Source: Dimargaris cristalligena (lineage: Eukaryota). Taken from it: a stretch of 33,839 nucleotides of DNA. Location of the stretch: contig ML002402.1 of assembly GCA_003614675.1 (NCBI GenBank), positions 1-33,839 on the forward strand. The letters are read 5' to 3'. The notes below the pieces were generated by a model. It made no database searches. It saw only the letters and a program-made list of their open reading frames with translations, and was not told the DNA's origin. Made by a program: the position numbers and the translations under genes. Of this stretch, positions 23,724 to 33,839 are shown piece after piece (the stretch's first letter is position 1; each line of letters opens with the position of its first letter).

Positions 23724-24358
23724 ATGGGCGTGGCATCCCTCCCGGTGTGGACCTTCCCAAGTTTGTGTAGGGGTACGGTCTTGTCACCTTCTCCATGTCG
23801 ATTTATTCGTATCTACTCCTAATTTCCTTACACTAATTCCTACTATATTATAAATTCGTCACCAATGGGCATATTTGCTTCCTGTGGCGACATGGTTGAG
23901 CTACCGCCAAAATAAGCTGCTGATGATTTCTCGTTGCCTACAATAAGTGGTATGCATTGCTCTGATTGATTGATTAATTGATTGGTTCATTGAGGGGACA
24001 TGGGGTTTTTTTTTGGGTGGGGGGGAGGCTCTCGGTTTTGTCTAGGCTAAAACGAGATTGGTCGATAACTTCTTTCTACTCCACCCATCTCAGGACAGGC
24101 TGACTCCCCTGGTTCGCTAAATCTCTGGATCGTCAGCCGGGAGAATCCACTACTGACTCTCCTTACAAGTCACCATTGTTTTTTCCTCAATTTAAATGTC
24201 GAAGGTCTCTATCCAGCCAACACAACATAACATATAACGTAATTGCACATGTACATTCGCCATTGGCCCGAAACTTTATGAACCTCCTCGACGGTATACA
24301 TACATTGATTCAAGGCCACCCCGTATTCTACCACCCGTCCTAGTTTTACCACGCCAGC

Positions 24359-24831
24359 ATGGACGACACACTTGCACAGGTGGTTAAACATTGTGGTCTT
24401 CAACTCCAGATTTATACCGATTGCGTCGATGCCCATAAACACGACTGGAATGCGGCCTGCTTTAAACAGAAGCAGGCTCTGACGAAGTGTTCGGAAGAGC
24501 AGTAAGTCCCCCTCCCATCTCCTAAACTATGCCTTTTGACTGCCGAAGCCCTCTGGTTAAAAAATAAATAGGGACCGGCACTCGTCCTGGTCAAGCATGG
24601 ATGCTGCACTGTCAATTAACTCTAACTAAACCCACCTTTCGGACCCTACTGCTTTTTCCCAATTTTCGCAGCGTGACCCTTCTCAAGACGGTCAAGCAAA
24701 AATGCAGCACCGTTATCAGCAACTACGACAAGTGCGTCCGAGATAATGCGGATGATCCCGAAAAGTGTATCCAGTCCCTGCGCGACCTGTACAACTGCAC
24801 CCAGGCCGTGGCCCAGGATAAGGCTGATTAG
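24359..24831 (+). CDS. MIX14: Mitochondrial intermembrane-space protein with four CX9C motifs (Mix14/CHCHD5-like), 100 aa, 2 exons
   Basis: Exons 24359-24501 and 24672-24831 (GTAAGT...CAG). Motifs C-GLQLQIYTD-C, C-FKQKQALTK-C, C-STVISNYDK-C and C-IQSLRDLYN-C. Confidence 0.85.
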
Positions 24832-25008
24832 ATTGAGATATTCTCAGGCAACAATCCTATCTGTACATCTTCCCCAATTACCAATGTTTATTTTTCGCGG
24901 CGTATAAGGGGTAATAAATGCCAAATTTTAACGTATTAGTATAGAAGGGGGGGATATCTAATTGGTAGATATATATATTAAATACGCTTGCCAATGTGAG
25001 AAGGGTTT

Positions 25009-25094
25009 ACTGGTTAAAATAACTTCACAATTGTTTTACCCTTTCCATTTCATTTAAAACTCAGTATAGAGTGTATGGAGAATTACACCCATAT
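25009..25094. repeat. Highly decayed additional copy of the dispersed terminal repeat
   Basis: Co-linear blocks ACTGGTTAAAA, TCATTTAAAAC and GAATTACACCCATAT match ACTGGTTAAAA, TCATTCAAAAC and GAATTCCACCCATAT in 11472-11556 with similar spacing. Confidence 0.55.
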
Positions 25095-25743
25095 TTACCA
25101 CTAGGGCTATCGAGTAAGTGCTATTTGGGCATAGAGGAGACTGAGCCACCAAGTAGCTAATACCCTCTCCTCCTTGGTCCTTATCCCTTTCTTAGTCCCC
25201 TGCTGTAGGTATGCCCCATGCCTACCTTTCCACCTCCCTCATCAGCAGCATACGTGTTATTACATAGTAGGGTAGAGAGTCTCTCTGGGATATGGGTGGG
25301 CATCGGCTGACTCTTGTTCGGTATTAGTCAGCTTGGAATACGCTTTTTAAGAAAAGGGAAAGCCATTCTACTAAAACCCGCCACTAATTATGCCCATTTT
25401 GAACTCCACCGCCCCACTGGCAGAGCATATCAGGAATACCGTGTTGAAAAGAAATAGTGGCGAAGCAGCTGTCAGTTGCAACGGACAATAAGGCGGGTTT
25501 TACTGATTTACGCGGCTTCCCTCCCGTTCCCTTGTAGCTGTGCTTCTATGATTTTTTATGTCTTTTTGTACATGTTATGTATTTGAAACCGAACTATTCG
25601 AGGTAACATGGGCTGGTTTTTCGTCTGTCTTATTTTATCTTGCACTTTTATCGTTTCTTGCTATTAGCACCTACCCAAGCCCCTTTTAGTATAGGGTAAC
25701 TTTGTTTATAGTCCCCCTTACCCATTTCCTCCCCTCGCTCGCC

Positions 25744-28470
25744 ATGAAGCTCATCGGCAAATACCTTGAAAAGGATCGTTCGGGGTACATCACAATGTGC
25801 CCTGAGGAGGCCGAGGACATGTGGCACATTTACAATATTCTTCAGGTGGGCGATCTCGTCAAGGCCGGAACAGTTAGGTAAGACCCCCCTCCTAGTGTAC
25901 AAGGGTGGTTTACCCTAACCCGCTACGCATTGCCCCAGGTTGCCCAAGCGAGGTACCCCTCCTCCCTTTCCACCCAACCTATTGACTTCTGGTTGGCCTA
26001 CTATCTCACTTGCCCAGCGCAAGCGTATTTCCCCCATTATAGCTAGAGGGTCGACGTAGGGACTAACCACAACATTATTACATTCGGGATTCCTCATTGA
26101 ATCCTTATTGACGGGGTCTTTTGCTCGCGCCAAACCGGAAACATACTAGACGTGTGACCACGGAAACCACCACAGGTTCGGTCGAAAGTTCGCGGGTTCG
26201 GATCAACTTAACCATCAAGGTCGAAGGGATCGATTTCGACTCACAAGCAGCCGCCCTTCATATCAATGGGCCCAATACCGAGGAAAACAAATATGTCAAG
26301 GTAAATAATATACCAACCTGGAATGGGCCATATGCCTGAGCAATTTCTGTAGAGGGCAGATGGCCCCCAAAACTCAAGAGACAGGTGACCTCTGCTTTAT
26401 CTTAGTTCATTTAGACTGGCGTGGTTTCCATATACATGCCTTTAACCCATTCTTACTAATTAGTGTATGTAATATTGGTATGCTTGTAAACTTAACGGCG
26501 GGGGACACCCATAACGGCTTTCGGGGGATAAAAGCTGGGCGCCTATCACACTCTGGACCTAGAGTTGAACCAGCGGTTCACCCTGGCTAAACCCGAGTGG
26601 GACACCTTTGCTCTCGAGAAGGTTCAGGAGGCCTGCGACGTAGCCCGGCGGGCGGATGTTGCGGCCATTGTCTTGCAAGAAGGTAATTTACCGCTGCCAT
26701 ACGTAGTCGATTTCCCCGGCCCTATTACCTCTCGGCCTCCTCACTCATTTCGAATCGTATTTTTTTTTTACTATCGAATCAATGGTACATACTGTACTGC
26801 ATTATTATTAGGTTTGGCCAATCTCTGCCTACTGACCGAACACATGACCCTTGTGCGACAGCGGATTGAAGTACCCGTACCCCGAAAGCGCAAGGGGTCG
26901 ACCACCAACTACGAAAAGGTACGTTCACTGCCTATATGGTATTCACACACACACACACTCTCTCTCTCTCTCTCCTCGTACTATGCGCCCCTTGGCCAAC
27001 TACCCATGGTGTTTCATTGACTACTACGGCAACTGGTTGTTTACCCGGTTATTGTATGACTGCACCATTGGCCCTCGCCATTGTTCATTTGCCATGTAGG
27101 GTCTCGCCCGTTTCTACGACCAAGTCTACCGAGCTCTTTTACTGCATATCGATTTTGGTTTAATCAAGGCCCTGATTATCGCTAGTCCCGGGTTCGTTAA
27201 GGTAGGTTTATTGCCAAGCTATCCCCGCCTGGTCTTGGATGTATATTCTAGCAAAGGGCCGGGCTATCCCGGATTGGTCTCGATCCACCATATGGTACTT
27301 CTTGCTCCGTAGCTCACTAATGCCTGTTCATTATTTCGTCACCATACACCACAGGACCAATTCATGGCCTACATGATGGATCAAGCCACTGTAAGTTGAT
27401 CTGTTTGCTTCGTTAAATTAACCCCCCCCCCCCGCGCGCGCAAACTATTAAGTATTCCCGAATATGCGCCCACTACTCTCTTCCCCAACCGACGCAGCCT
27501 GCCGTTCAACTAAGTTTAGCTAACTTTGTTGAAGGAGAGGGTGATCTCTTTGTAAATTATTCCCAATTTCAATATTTGATAAACTAGAAAACCAATGAAA
27601 AGGTCCTGTTTGAAAACCGGGACAAGTTTCTGCTAATCCACTGCTCCAGTGGCCACAAACACGCCCTTCAAGAAGTTATGCAGGACCCCACCGTACGCAG
27701 CCGACTGGCCGACACCAAGGCCACTCGAGAAATCCGGACTTTGGAAGACTTCTACAAGATGCTTAATGACGATGCCGACCGGGCATACTACGGCTACGAA
27801 TATGTCGCCCGAGCGAACGAACAGGGTGCGGTGGACCGGCTACTCATAACGGACGAACTGTTTCGGTAAGTAGAGGATTGGTAGAATGGGAGGTTGCCTT
27901 GGTAGGCCTGAGGGTGTACTACGTGGCCAAGGAGATACCAGATATACATACATATATATATATATATATATACCTATTCAGTCAGCTAGCTTGCGGGCTA
28001 TTGTTATGCACTTCCGCGTGTCACTAACCCTCGATATTCCTATATTGCCTCTGGAATAACAGGTCAAGCGACATCAAGACCCGGAAAAAATATATCGAAC
28101 TGGTTGAACAGGTTCGGGCCAATGGTGGCAAGGTTCTAATCTTTTCTTCCCTCCATGTATCGGGTGAACGTAAGTTTAAAGCATTCAGTAACTATAACTA
28201 GACATCTTTATTGACCTTAGGCGAGGAGGCATATTTGTTCTACGGGCCGTCCCGCTCTCTCCGAACCCACTGACCTAGGCAATTCTTGACCGGGACCCAC
28301 CCACAACCCCCATCTAACCTAGTTACTTCCTATTGACCATACGGCTTGCTCCGAATAATCGGGGTATATATTTACCTGATGACTTAGAACTGGGTCAACT
28401 TACCGGGGTGGCAGCCGTTCTTAAATTCCCCCTCCCAGAACTGGACGTGGTCAGTGATGGTGAGCCTTAG
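25744..28470 (+). CDS. DOM34: Pelota/Dom34 ribosome-rescue factor (eRF1 family), 381 aa, 9 exons
   Basis: Exons 25744-25877, 26150-26300, 26535-26682, 26812-26918, 27100-27201, 27355-27390, 27588-27865, 28063-28169, 28388-28470 (1146 nt, frame-consistent). Motifs [72 protein letters not shown]. Confidence 0.96.
26944..26973. repeat. Compound (CA)7(CT)8 microsatellite in DOM34 intron 4
   Basis: Read directly from the sequence. Confidence 0.9.
27953..27972. repeat. (TA)10 microsatellite in DOM34 intron 7
   Basis: Read directly from the sequence. Confidence 0.9.
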
Positions 28471-28750
28471 CAGGCCTTTTACGGCTGGCGCTATTTCCAT
28501 CAGACAAGAACTCGGGGGCGTAGTCAATATCCTACTGATTATACGTCGAGACGGGCGTCCAACCCATTTACATATATATATACCCTCCACCCCATATCTG
28601 ACCAACCGATGTCGATGGCTAGCTAAGGGATATGCTCGTAGCCTGGTTAACTCTCAGCTGAAGACCTATTATAGATGCAGTGGGTTATATTTTTATAATA
28701 AATCCGATTGGGTACTAGAATACTTGATGGGTATATGTGAATGAGTGGGT

Positions 28751-29149
28751 TTAGTCAAATTAGCGTAGTTGTTGGGTAGATGATGATTTGAGTCAAGAAT
28801 ACCTCCATGAAACTCCACTCCAACAATCCCGTCGTCTAGAGTATTGTAATGACTGTGCGAATTGTAGTGGGTTAGCTATTTTGTAGAGGGGAAGAGGCTT
28901 GCTTGGACTTGATTTGATTAGAAATAAGTACGCCTTATTACCTGTAGTCTACTAGATAGTCTGGTCGATAAAAGGATAGACTCACAGCTAAACCCAATAA
29001 CCCCAGCATAGCTGCTTGCTAAGCCAACGTTTGTCAGCGCTGATCCCCTGAGTCAGCCCAGTCCCCATTGGAATTACTCAGCGACTGCACTGTTGTTGGC
29101 CAATCACCGCCAGTCCACCGTTTCGTATCGTACCCCCCACATATATAAA
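28751..29149 (+). promoter_or_regulatory. Candidate promoter of the DOPA-dioxygenase-like gene: AP-1/bZIP-type sites and a TATA box
   Basis: TTAGTCA 28751-28757, TGAGTCA 28789-28795, TGAGTCA 29049-29055, TTACTCA 29074-29080, TATATAAA 29142-29149. Confidence 0.4.
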
Positions 29150-29335
29150 GACCCCACGATGGCTGACGCTGCCCCATACACTCTATTAATCACCAGGCAA
29201 AAGCCCCTGTTCTTCCATCTATCCAATCGTTACCCCGAATTGTATTTACTACACATTACCCTTGGAAATCATCTTTATCCAGCCTACCGTTTTTCAACTT
29301 GATTACTTCGTCAACAGTTGCTTAGCCTGCTCACC

Positions 29336-29725
29336 ATGGACTCCAACGGCGAATATCCTAAGCGCTTCCCCGCCCCTATCCAGGCGTATGATATCCACGT
29401 CTATTTCTACCAAACCGACCCGGAGCAGGTTACAAGTATCCAAGAGCTGCACCGGCTCCTAGGCCGAACCTTTCCTAAACTCCAGCTATTCCCCATCTGC
29501 CAGCGACCAGTAGGCCCCCATGTCACGGGGATGTTCCAGGGAATACTAACCACCCCGGCCGAGTTTGGCGTGGTGGTGCCCTGGCTAACGCTGAACCGCC
29601 GGGGGCACTCTATTTTGGTCCACCCCCATACTGGAGACGAACTGCGGGACCACGGGCCCAATGCTATCTGGCTAGGTGACCGACTGCCCATCAATTTCTC
29701 CATCTTGGAACGTTTCGCACACTAG
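29336..29725 (+). CDS. DOPA 4,5-dioxygenase-family protein (Amanita DodA-type fold), 129 aa
   Basis: Starts at caccATGg. Family motifs YDIHVYF, PVGPH..GMF, FG.VVPWL.LNR.G.SILVHPHT, RDH...AIWLG..LP; the putative metal-binding His residues are retained. Confidence 0.9.
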   Translation: MDSNGEYPKRFPAPIQAYDIHVYFYQTDPEQVTSIQELHRLLGRTFPKLQLFPICQRPVGPHVTGMFQGILTTPAEFGVVVPWLTLNRRGHSILVHPHTGDELRDHGPNAIWLGDRLPINFSILERFAH

Positions 29726-29879
29726 GTACCGCTCTGCATGTGGGCCATTAGTGCGCGAGGAAGTCCGACAGCTGTCGTTGGCTCTAGTTGAATTATTCCA
29801 GAAAGTCTATTTATTAAACACTCCATTAAAACCCGTTTAACAGTATATAAAATAAGGAGCCGGGCAAGTCAAGAGGAAA

Positions 29880-30620
29880 TTACAGGGCCAGGGGCGAGTG
29901 GTCTAATACCAAAACATCGGCCATGAAGTGCTCGTGAATTTCGAAATAGACCCCCTCGCAGCTCAACGAATACAGCCGCCAGAATGACTGGTCGGGCAAT
30001 TGCCCCACTTTCAGCAATCGAAAATCGGGCACGATTTTGGCATAGTGGAACACCTGACCAATGCCCACCCCTTTGGTGATTAGCAGGTCTTTGAAGCGAC
30101 TATCGGTGACTGCAATCTTGGACTGGGCGACACACAGAATGCGGTCGCCGATCTTCAGCTGAACTTCCCGGTTGAACAATAGGGCTCCGGCGGGCTCAGT
30201 ATACGATTCCATAAAGACCGCAGGCTTTCCTAGAACAGGCTCGTTTCTTATTACCTTGATGGTGACCGCCTGGTTGTGGTAGGAACTATATACCAGGGGG
30301 CGTTGGTGATGGAACAGGCGCACCAGACTAGCATTAGCACAATTTACTCATACTAGGAGGGGGGGAGAGAGATTCACAACAACCATGATTGTCCTCGATT
30401 GGGGAAATAAAACAGCCCGTAACACGTACCTGAGGATCCGCTGCACAGTTCCATTGGCCCATAGAAGGACGCGTTGCCAGCCAGTAGTGAAACCGGTCTC
30501 GCTCAAAAGGCATTGGGAGCCATTCCTAATGGTGCCCTCACCGCGATCGGCGGGAACGGTAATAATCTTGCCCTTAGTGGGTGAGGCCAAGGCTGGTGGG
30601 GAGCATTCACCGGTAGACAT
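29880..30620 (-). CDS. Chorismate pyruvate-lyase-like (UbiC/DUF98/Ycf21-fold) protein, 198 aa, 2 exons
   Basis: Exons 30620-30430 and 30285-29880 (GTACGT...TAG, frame-consistent, 597 nt). Motif order WQRVLLWANGTVQRILS, REVQL, CVAQS, GIGQVF, FWRLYSL, EIHEHF parallels DUF98/UbiC (LL..DGS.T..L, REV.L, A.S, PIG, R.Y, I.E.F). Confidence 0.7.
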
Positions 30621-30806
30621 GGTCGCTGGTAGGATACTAGACTAAACGAGTAAAGCGGGTGCGGCGGGGGAGAATACAAATAATAGGCACTATTACGGCG
30701 GTACGGGACGCAAAGAACCGAAAGTAAACCAGGGTCGGTGAGGTACTAGAACCAGGCCAGCCCAAAGTAGTTGGACCCCGCCCCAGAAAAATGCGGGGAG
30801 AGGTCA

Positions 30807-30814
30807 TTTATATA
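30807..30814 (-). promoter_or_regulatory. TATA box candidate for the chorismate-lyase-like gene
   Basis: TATATAAA on the minus strand, starting 194 nt upstream of the ATG at 30620. Confidence 0.4.
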
Positions 30815-32286
30815 CAACCCAGACCAGAGCAAAACAAATCACAAGCAGTAAGTAACCTAGCCCACACAACATCCCACTGGGGACTGTACCTGGCTACCAA
30901 TAGCAAAGCTGTGCCCCCATCAAGATGGTGAGGAGGAAGAGGTTTGGACGCTTCCCCGACTTCAATCGCGGGAATTTGTATCCAAGCCAGGGTAAGGAAT
31001 TGGAGCAGTACACGTCACCACCACCTGGTATATTATGAGACGGACAAGGGGGATAAACTGCCACTGGCCTGGCCCAAATTACCGAATTAGGGTTAGTAGA
31101 ATGCTAGGGGGCAAATATGGAGCAAAATTAGGTGAGATTAAAATCAGGAAACCCCTGGTTATAATAGAAGGGGTCACAAGGACTAGGCTACTGCTGGGGG
31201 AATGGCGGGCAACAACAACAACTTTCTACAAGGGATTATTTATCCGTTGTCGGCAATAAACACCTACCTTGCGTTGCTTCACATGTTTAAGAGATGCCGC
31301 CCTTGGCTGGGAGCTCGACTTGGGGGGGTTCGTTAAGTACTTGGCCAAATGACTGCGGCCATTGTTGTGACACCTGTGCCGCCATCTTGGGCCTTATACG
31401 GTGAATCCAAGAAATGGGGGCATATGTGGGCCGGCGGAGAGAGGTTGCTGTGGGTTCTACAATTGGGTCCAAAGGGCGGAATTAAATCCGCCATTCATTG
31501 TCGGTGATGCGTGAAGAGAGACCCTAGTCCCAATTTTTTAATTCATTGGATTTACAGCAATTATTATAAACGCTCGGCTACGGACCAATATGCCCCTACA
31601 GTCTCCCACGGAGGACTAACTATCGAACGAATTCTATCATTGGAAAAGAAATAGCGGCTATACTGCTAAGGGTTTCCCTAGACTGTTGGTATGGTCGGCA
31701 GCCCAAAGGAGCGGCCATAGAAAGCCCCGGCCAGATCGATTAGCCTGTCGGGCTTTGAACAGATCGGGGCAAGTATTCGCAGTGGATAAATCCGGTGGCA
31801 CCTGCAATCGGAGAAGCACAGGCCATAATCCAAGTTGGGTCGGTATGATAATTAATTAGACCGTCGACTGGGTCCCAACATATACTATCACGGTGTTGGT
31901 GGTGCATTCACTGTCAACTATACTTACCCAAGTCAGGGAATCTCGGGGACCTGTCCTTGAATGACTATGGCAACCTATTATAGCCAGCGTCCGGAAAAGA
32001 AAGGCGGTGGAGGGAAAGACCATTTAATGATGTTGGGAAATAAAAGAAAAGTACAAGTGGATTTGGTAGGACTCAACGATAAAAGAAGGGGAAAGAAACG
32101 CCGCAATTAAATGGGTTGAAACGCTCTCCCACGAGCGGCCAACATAACCAACATTCAGCTTGGACCAAAATGAAATAAGGCGCACGGTCCGCTGCAAACG
32201 AGAAGGCCAAACATGATTAAAACGAAGCCAGTCGGTCGAAGGGACTCCAGGGGAGAGGCGTTGCATCCGACGTGGCATCAATCTGT

Positions 32287-33202
32287 CTAGTCTCGCTCCA
32301 CAATACGCTGTAGTTCGAGGTCGATCTCTTCTTCGGTTAGCACCCGGAACTCGGGACGGTCCCGGCTGACCACCGCCACTTCGATTTCGGATTTCTTGAA
32401 ATTAGTAGCTAAAACGGACGATAGCGTGGTGATGGCCATTTCCAGGGTGTCTTCCTGATTCAGGGTGGGTTCCTGCTTGAGCTTCTTTTCCAGGTGATTA
32501 AAGGCCTCTTGGTGTTTAGCCCCTGCGGAAGTGGCCGTGTAGCCCACGTAGTAGCCGGCGGGGTCGCACTTGAAGAGCTGGGGGCCCATTTCTTCGTCGA
32601 ACCCGATCAAAATCATGGCGACGCCCAGGGGACGCATGGCAGCGTGCTGGGTGTAGACTTGATTGATGTTGGCCATACGCTTAGCCAGCATGTCGGCGGG
32701 GATCTCGTAGCCATACTTGTAGCGGAACTCGGCGGCCTCCTGGCGGGCGCGAGTGACTTGGGCGCGGGCGTCGGCGGTCAAACCAGTCATGACGCAGCCA
32801 ATATGTTGAGTCAGGGCGAATAAATGGGTAACGGATTTGCTGTCGAGGAGCTGGTCGGGAACCTTCTTCTGGGTGACTACCACAACGCTGTCCTGGCCCC
32901 GGACGCCGACGCTGGTGAGGCCGGAGTTGGAAATGGCCTTGAAGGCGTACTCTATTTACAGGAATGGGGGAGGTATAGGCAGGCATAGCAAATCAACAAC
33001 AGTGGGTAGGGCGGGGCCTGAATAAGCGGACATCCGAGGGCGTACATATTATCTGGGGTAGAGCTCCAGCCTCGCCTGAGCAATCAGCAGGGGCCGAATC
33101 CGAGAGAATGGCGGAGAAGTGCTTACCCACTTGGTACAGACGGCCTTCGGGCGAGAATATGGTGATGTGCCGATCATAACCGGAATTGTTGCGGCTGCTC
33201 AT
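32287..33202 (-). CDS. SCL1: 20S proteasome subunit alpha-1 (PSMA6/Scl1), 246 aa, 2 exons
   Basis: Exons 33202-33127 and 32951-32287. Motifs [67 protein letters not shown]. Confidence 0.97.
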
Positions 33203-33436
33203 GGTGACGGGTGGAGGGGGGGATATGGCGCGAAGGGGGAGGGGGGTAAAAGGACTGGAATCGGGAATACTCCAGGAAGTGGATGAAATAAGAAGGGTCA
33301 GATGGTGGAAAGAGAATTGGGGGAATGCTCAGATAAGTCAAGATGAGGGCTAGTAGAGTATAGTAACGGTAAGCAGGCCTAGGGAGTTGGAACGAGCTGA
33401 CAAATAAGAGTGGCCTATACCACTACCACTACCACA

Positions 33437-33442
<6 letters not shown>

Positions 33443-33481
<39 letters not shown>
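33443..33481. repeat. (CTA)13 microsatellite preceded by imperfect ACCACT units
   Basis: Read directly; lies upstream of the proteasome gene. Confidence 0.95.
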
Positions 33482-33839
33482 ATAGTCAAGGTCAAAGGGG
33501 CCACATATGGGGAGGTGGGATATATGCCTGCAACAAGCTCTGCAGAAGATACGAGGGGGAATCTGGATATAATAATCTCATGTAACCTCTCCTTTTATAA
33601 ATACAATCTAAGGGCCTGCTGTATCCAAGTTACTTATATATATATATATGTATATATTCCTTTATACCATTTCTTATCGATATATGCTCTGTGAGGAAAG
33701 AGTGTAGTAAGAAAGACCTCTCCTCCTCACAAGAAGTACGCCGTCGTGGGTCACGCTGGTTCTCTCCTCTATATATGCGCCTGATGTTAGGCCGGCATTT
33801 GGGAGCGTCTCGCTTTCGGGACTAGGGCTCAGGCTCGGG

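Noticed and set aside
31920..31990. ATACTTACC resembling the U1 snRNA 5' end
   Set aside because: It continues CAAG rather than TG, and I found no U1-70K loop, U1A loop (ATTGCAC) or Sm site downstream.
31000..32280. Short ORFs between the lyase-like gene and SCL1
   Set aside because: No motifs or consistent splice model; treated as intergenic/UTR sequence.
33410..33694. 94-aa ORF with signal-peptide-like poly-Leu
   Set aside because: The poly-Leu is simply the translated (CTA)n microsatellite.

Overview
This is eukaryotic, fungal genomic DNA: it has GT-AG spliceosomal introns with CTAAC/CTAAT-type branch points and a Zn2Cys6 transcription factor. A UBE2E-class E2 suggests an early-diverging, non-Dikarya fungus (inference). 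The first ~5.7 kb has no recognisable gene but holds a MITE-like element with long degenerate inverted ends, and pieces of it recur at ~11.4 kb and ~25.0 kb. Thirteen protein-coding genes were reconstructed by hand with frame-consistent splicing: a divergent LRR-less Ccr4-like EEP nuclease, mitoribosomal mL54, a UBE2E-like E2, a candidate securin, a USP30/Ubp16-like deubiquitinase, Yrb1/RanBP1, a Zn2Cys6 factor, a Pro-rich unknown protein, Mix14/CHCHD5, Dom34/Pelota, a DOPA 4,5-dioxygenase-family protein, a chorismate-lyase (UbiC/DUF98)-like protein and proteasome alpha-1. The most interesting items are the convergent dioxygenase / chorismate-lyase-like pair, the four-exon candidate securin that is fragmented in the ORF track, the Ccr4 paralog with altered active-site residues, and the dispersed MITE-like family. 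All family calls come from motif recognition; no searches were run.
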